From IMG/VR virus record IMGVR_UViG_2671180755_000015: a DNA stretch of 9,584 bases; one strand, written 5' to 3'. Under the pieces are notes generated by a model. That model had not been told where the DNA came from. It saw only the letters and a list, made by a program, of their open reading frames with translations, and did no database searches. Positions 6,442-9,584 of this stretch are shown one piece after another (positions within the stretch are counted from its first letter, which is position 1; the number at the start of each line of letters is the position of its first letter). The stretch comes from a virus (Duplodnaviria; Heunggongvirae; Uroviricota; Caudoviricetes). The translations under genes and the position numbers were made by a program.

Positions 6442-6621
6442 ATGGAAAGAGACCATATCAATAACAAATCACAGAAATTACAGGCTCGCGCCCCGCATGA
6501 AGTTGTTGAGGCTATGGAGCAAGTAAAAGAAACAGGCGAGAGCACTGCGCAATTTATCGTTACAGCCATGCGAGGCGAGATCAAACGCCGCCAGCGCCGT
6601 AAGGCCAAAGAATCAGAATAA
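6442..6621 (+). CDS. Small ribbon-helix-helix-like protein (59 aa), candidate transcriptional regulator
   Basis: Not in the ORF track (below 60 aa). ATG at 6442 preceded by AGGGAA. Translation: MERDHINNKSQKLQARAPHEVVEAMEQVKETGESTAQFIVTAMRGEIKRRQRRKAKESE. The pattern (short strand, helix, turn, helix, basic tail) resembles RHH regulators. Divergent from the replication operon. Confidence 0.5.
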   Translation: MERDHINNKSQKLQARAPHEVVEAMEQVKETGESTAQFIVTAMRGEIKRRQRRKAKESE

Positions 6622-6678
6622 TCACTATCAGCGCCGTGGTGTGAGGTACTACGGCGCATTGCTTTACAGGGCAGTATC

Positions 6679-6906
6679 ATGACCAACAACACACTATCAC
6701 CAATACAAGACACGCAAACGCAAGATGATGAAATCATCCGGCAAAGGCAGTCAGAAGCCTGCGCCAGAGTTGAGGAAGAACTAACCAGAACAAAAATACC
6801 ACCACCAGCGCCGCGCTTAGTGCCACCAGAAAAATTTGCCCTTGAAGATTTTGTCGATAAATACCCACGGCGGTTAAAAGCCACTAAAAACCGACCGCCT
6901 GGCTGA
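6679..6906 (+). CDS. Hypothetical proline-rich protein (75 aa)
   Basis: ATG at 6679 with upstream AGGG. Followed by a plus-strand terminator at 6985-7013. No family recognised. Confidence 0.4.
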   Translation: MTNNTLSPIQDTQTQDDEIIRQRQSEACARVEEELTRTKIPPPAPRLVPPEKFALEDFVDKYPRRLKATKNRPPG

Positions 6907-6984
6907 TAGCCTTGTCCACCAGCCGTAAATGTGGCATTGTCGGCGATGCTCATGCGTTGGGGATAACGCGAAATTTGTGTCGAA

Positions 6985-7013
6985 GGGCCACCGTGACAGG
7001 TGGCCTTTTCTTT
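6985..7013 (+). terminator. Intrinsic terminator (plus strand)
   Basis: Stem GGCCACC / GGTGGCC with loop GTGACA, followed by TTTTCTTT. No U-run on the minus strand. Confidence 0.7.
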
Positions 7014-7030
7014 GCCTGTTATCCGGCAAT

Positions 7031-7060
7031 TGTGGCGCTTCTTCACACAGTTGATATAAT
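7031..7060 (+). promoter_or_regulatory. Candidate extended -10 promoter (TGaTATAAT)
   Basis: TG at 7052-7053 and TATAAT at 7055-7060. The -35 region is weak (GTGGCG). Confidence 0.4.
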
Positions 7061-7066
7061 TCCCCT

Positions 7067-7140
7067 GCACTGATCCAATTTTTTCGCAGCAGGTTAATTG
7101 TTCGCAAGGGCGCTCCGGCAACGGGGCGCTTTTTGTTTTT
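7067..7140 (+). ncRNA. Candidate small RNA (~70 nt) from the extended -10 promoter to the terminator
   Basis: Defined only by the promoter at 7052-7060 and the terminator at 7110-7140. Contains an internal CCTGC...GCAGG stem. No coding potential. Hypothetical. Confidence 0.3.
7110..7140 (+). terminator. Intrinsic terminator with GNRA tetraloop (plus strand)
   Basis: Stem GCGCTCCG / CGGGGCGC (one G-U pair), loop GCAA, followed by TTTTTGTTTTT. Confidence 0.75.
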
Positions 7141-7252
7141 ACCCACCAGCACAATAAAAATCTTCATTTTCCATTTTTGTAAAATTTCATGCTTTCCGGA
7201 CGACGGGCCATATGTCATTTTTTAGCAGAAGATTTTGCCTTGCTGGTGGGTA
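7140..7252. repeat. Perfect 12-bp inverted repeat (TACCCACCAGCA / TGCTGGTGGGTA) flanking an 89-bp AT-rich spacer
   Basis: Arms at 7140-7151 and 7241-7252 are exact reverse complements. Confidence 0.6.
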
Positions 7253-7298
7253 GCTTCTCGGTTAACACGATGTACCGTATAATCAGCACCGCGTGTGG

Positions 7299-7877
7299 TT
7301 ACTGAATACGCTCACCAAAGTAAAACTCAGGCTGATATTCACGTATCAGCCTTTTTTCTTCTTCCTCCAGTTCACGTTTTTTGCGCTTACATGCCTGTAG
7401 CGCCCTCCCCTTCTCGCTGGCACTTATCTGATATTGCTCTTTACGGCGGGAAAAATCCTGTAATGCACCCCACGGGATACCATAAGCCCCCGTTTTTCTG
7501 ATACCCGGTATCACATTTCTGAATACCCAGTTACTGAAACGATGGGCGAATGTGCCTTGCGTCGTTGCTTTGCGGCTACGGGCTATTAGTTTGTAGAAAC
7601 CTGACTCAGAGATAATGCTCATATTCTGATTTCCTCCTGGGGTGTAAGTTAAATTTACTCCCTTTTCATCATCATCAAGCATCTGCAACGCCGTACGCGA
7701 ATTGGTCAGTTCCAGCGCAGCGCAGACATCCTTTGCAACAAACCACGGATCGCCGTTCAGATACACCACGCGAACGTTCACACTATCAAAGCGCAGAACG
7801 ACCAGATCACGAAAATCACAGAATTTTTTTACATGACGTGCGTCACCCTTGCCCGTCACGGCAATATTTTTATTCAT
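7299..7877 (-). CDS. Bro-N domain protein (antirepressor-like), 192 aa
   Basis: N-terminal region matches the Bro-N signature (VRVVYLNGDPWFVAKDVCAALEL ... ISESGFYKLIARSRKATTQGTFAHRFSNWVFRNVIPGIRKTGAYG). C-terminal ~60 aa is highly charged. ATG at 7875-7877 with SD GAGGT. Confidence 0.8.
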   Translation of the reverse strand: MNKNIAVTGKGDARHVKKFCDFRDLVVLRFDSVNVRVVYLNGDPWFVAKDVCAALELTNSRTALQMLDDDEKGVNLTYTPGGNQNMSIISESGFYKLIARSRKATTQGTFAHRFSNWVFRNVIPGIRKTGAYGIPWGALQDFSRRKEQYQISASEKGRALQACKRKKRELEEEEKRLIREYQPEFYFGERIQ

Positions 7878-7897
7878 TTCTTTTTTACCTCACATAC

Positions 7898-7922
7898 AAA
7901 AAACCCCGCATTGCACGCGGGG
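7898..7922 (-). terminator. Intrinsic terminator between the alpA-like gene and the Bro-N gene
   Basis: Stem CCCCGC / GCGGGG (7904-7909 / 7917-7922) with a 7-nt loop. On the minus strand it is followed by U6 (A 7898-7903). Confidence 0.7.
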
Positions 7923-7936
7923 TATGAAAGATATTA

Positions 7937-8140
7937 TTAGTGGGGATTGGCTTGTTCTCGTTGTTTATCTAACCATGCTTCTACATCTCTACGGTGCCAG
8001 GTATGTCGTCGTCCAATTCTGAACGGCTGAGGAAAACCATTATTCTCATCTTTCCAGAAATTGATGAATGCACTCATTGCTCCATATCGCAAGATTTTCA
8101 TTACGTCTTTAGTAAATAAAATATCTTCATTGGTATTCAT
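7937..8140 (-). CDS. AlpA-family (excisionase-like HTH) DNA-binding regulator
   Basis: Matches the AlpA pattern (ILFTKDVMKILRYGAMSAFINFWKDENNGFPQPFRIGRRHTWHRRDVEAWL). The ORF track starts at 8161, but the in-frame ATG at 8138-8140 has a strong SD (GAGGAGG at 8 nt), giving 67 aa. Lies 13 nt after the integrase stop. Confidence 0.75.
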   Translation of the reverse strand: MNTNEDILFTKDVMKILRYGAMSAFINFWKDENNGFPQPFRIGRRHTWHRRDVEAWLDKQREQANPH

Positions 8141-8153
8141 TTGCTGAACCTCC

Positions 8154-9392
8154 TCAACCATTTACTACTCTTAAACCTTTCATACCACCGGATCTATTAA
8201 TTACCCCTTTTCTCGCATCATCAAAAAAATCACCGACCCATTGCATCATGATCTTACGCTGTTCTAGATAAGTAGTTCTATTATAAACATCTCTTATTTT
8301 ATCACCACTTTTATGCGCCAATGCAGCCTCGATTACATCGGGGTTAAATCCCTCCTCATTTAAAAGCGTACTCCACATTGAACGAAAACCATGTAACGTT
8401 ACAATCCCTTTGAACTTGCTGGCAGCAATTGGGGTCTTGATAGTATTCCTCCCCATAGGCGCATCTTTTGTTCTGGAGGAAAAAAACACATAACGCCCTC
8501 TTTTTATTTCCTGCATTGTTCTGAGGATACTAATAGCCTGTGATGACAAGGGAACAACATGTTCACGATGGCATTTCATTTTATGCGCGGGGATAATCCA
8601 CAAGCCAGAATCAAAATCAATCTCTGACCACTCTGCTTTAATCGCCTCACCTGGCCTGACCATTGTCAATATCTGGAATAAAAGTGCATTATGAGCTATT
8701 TGATAGGTATGAGGCACACTATCCCACCAGCTCAGAAATTCAGGCAATCTTTCAACAGGTAGTGCTGCTAATGATTTATTTTTCTTTCCTGTGAATGCAG
8801 TCTTTATCTTAAGTAATGGATTTGTTTTCAATGTTCCACAATTTACAGCATAATTCATAATTTCATTTAATCTTGATATTAATTTTTTTTGCAACGCATT
8901 CTTATCGGATACGGCATCCAGAGCATTAATAGCTACTGGTGCTGTAATTTTTTCTATACTGTACTTACCAAAGAAAGGAACAAGATATTTGTATACTTCA
9001 TATTCGATATTATACAGCGTAGGTTTCCGCAATTCAGATCCCTTTTTAAAAGCGAACCATGCATTAGCAACAGCTTCAAATGTCTGTAGATTTTTTAGTG
9101 ACATCTCAATTTTACGATTTTTCTTCTCCGTCACTGGATCAACTCCACGTGCAATCATTCGCCGAAGTTCATCACGTACTTCCCGTGCTTCCGCGAGTGA
9201 GAATTCAGGAAAACGTCCTATCGTGTATGTCTGCCGTTTCTTCGTTATCGGATGGCTATAACGGAAACGCCACACTTTCCCACCGGCTTTACTCACATTC
9301 AGCAATAAACCGAACCCATCATAAACGGCATAGTCCTTTTCACGTGGTTTCATCCCCTTAACTTCAGTCACGGTTAATGGCTTTACCGACAT
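8154..9392 (-). CDS. int: Tyrosine site-specific integrase (P4-type)
   Basis: 412 aa. C-terminal catalytic-domain signatures are present (TMVRPGEA, HREHVVPL, TLHGFRSMWST, and a tyrosine in DVYNRTTY). The N-terminal domain is consistent with the arm-binding region of P4-family integrases. ATG at 9390-9392 with SD GAGGG. Confidence 0.9.
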   Translation of the reverse strand: MSVKPLTVTEVKGMKPREKDYAVYDGFGLLLNVSKAGGKVWRFRYSHPITKKRQTYTIGRFPEFSLAEAREVRDELRRMIARGVDPVTEKKNRKIEMSLKNLQTFEAVANAWFAFKKGSELRKPTLYNIEYEVYKYLVPFFGKYSIEKITAPVAINALDAVSDKNALQKKLISRLNEIMNYAVNCGTLKTNPLLKIKTAFTGKKNKSLAALPVERLPEFLSWWDSVPHTYQIAHNALLFQILTMVRPGEAIKAEWSEIDFDSGLWIIPAHKMKCHREHVVPLSSQAISILRTMQEIKRGRYVFFSSRTKDAPMGRNTIKTPIAASKFKGIVTLHGFRSMWSTLLNEEGFNPDVIEAALAHKSGDKIRDVYNRTTYLEQRKIMMQWVGDFFDDARKGVINRSGGMKGLRVVNG

Positions 9393-9584
9393 CTATCGCC
9401 CTCATTTTTTAGTCCGTCATGTAGTCCATTCAAGCCAATAACAAGCGATAAACTAACTCATTATCAAGCAAAGAGAGGAAACTCATAAAATCACAACTCA
9501 TTGAAAAGACTATGAAACGACACCAGAACATACAAACAGGTAAGAAATGTACCCTACATCCAAAATGACGCAATCCGGGAGTTT

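Larger units (their letters stand above)
1..9584 (-). mobile_element. Partial integrated satellite-like element (integrase, AlpA, Bro-N, replication protein, iteron origin, SSB, protease-capsid fusion); both ends outside window
   Basis: Co-directional minus-strand gene order int -> alpA-like -> bro -> small genes -> SF3 helicase rep -> iterons -> ssb -> capsid, with tight or overlapping gene junctions typical of phage and satellite operons. No att repeats or tRNA seen, so boundaries are undefined. Confidence 0.6.

Noticed and set aside
6679-6906. Treating the 75-aa plus-strand ORF as purely an antisense artefact
   Set aside because: Not rejected: it does not overlap any supported minus-strand gene (the 370-aa ORF is itself rejected), so it is kept as a low-confidence CDS.
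6042-7154. 370-codon minus-strand ORF spanning the divergent regulatory region and both plus-strand small genes
   Set aside because: The predicted protein is Cys/Ser/Arg/Trp-rich with no recognisable domain. It runs through two plus-strand terminators and the operator region. Only its last 67 codons have a Shine-Dalgarno and sensible context. The length of the open frame is statistically odd, so it is worth checking in homologues, but as one gene it is most likely spurious.
6874-7218. 114-aa minus-strand ORF
   Set aside because: It overlaps the terminators, the candidate sRNA and the inverted repeat. No Shine-Dalgarno, low-complexity product. Likely spurious.
7295-7927. Plus-strand ORFs 7295..7501 and 7733..7927
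   Set aside because: Antisense to the Bro-N gene.
8889-9361. Plus-strand ORFs 8889..9089, 8989..9261, 9080..9361
   Set aside because: Antisense to the integrase gene.
9393-9584. tRNA gene or att core next to the integrase
   Set aside because: The 190 bp beyond the integrase start is AT-rich with no tRNA-like stems or T-arm motif and no repeat of any sequence elsewhere in the window. The integration site is presumably beyond 9584.

Overview
This window reads as the integrase-proximal part of an integrated, satellite-like mobile element (PICI / P4-like class), transcribed almost entirely on the minus strand. All calls rest on reading the sequence and recognising motifs by eye; no homology search or folding was run.

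Gene order, right to left on the minus strand:
- tyrosine integrase (8154-9392)
- AlpA-family HTH regulator (7937-8140)
- Bro-N domain protein (7299-7877)
- a divergent regulatory region with two small plus-strand genes (6442-6621, 6679-6906)
- three small translationally coupled genes of unknown function (67, 106, 99 aa)
- an SF3-helicase-type replication protein (3609-5426)
- an iteron array, the probable origin (3372-3595)
- an 81-aa protein plus SSB (2669-3321)
- a small protein plus a ClpP-like prohead protease / major capsid fusion (129-2018).

The features most worth follow-up:
1. Two copies of a ~75-nt conserved element, each joined to a different intrinsic terminator, bracket the capsid cassette.
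2. A divergent promoter region carries three GGAWTCC operator-like sites beside a small ribbon-helix-helix-like gene that the ORF track missed.
3. The chain of three unknown small genes is coupled onto the replication gene.
4. A candidate ~70-nt small RNA lies between a perfect extended -10 promoter and a tetraloop terminator.

No tRNA, att core, CRISPR array, IS element or rRNA is visible. The element boundaries and the rest of any morphogenesis module lie outside the window.
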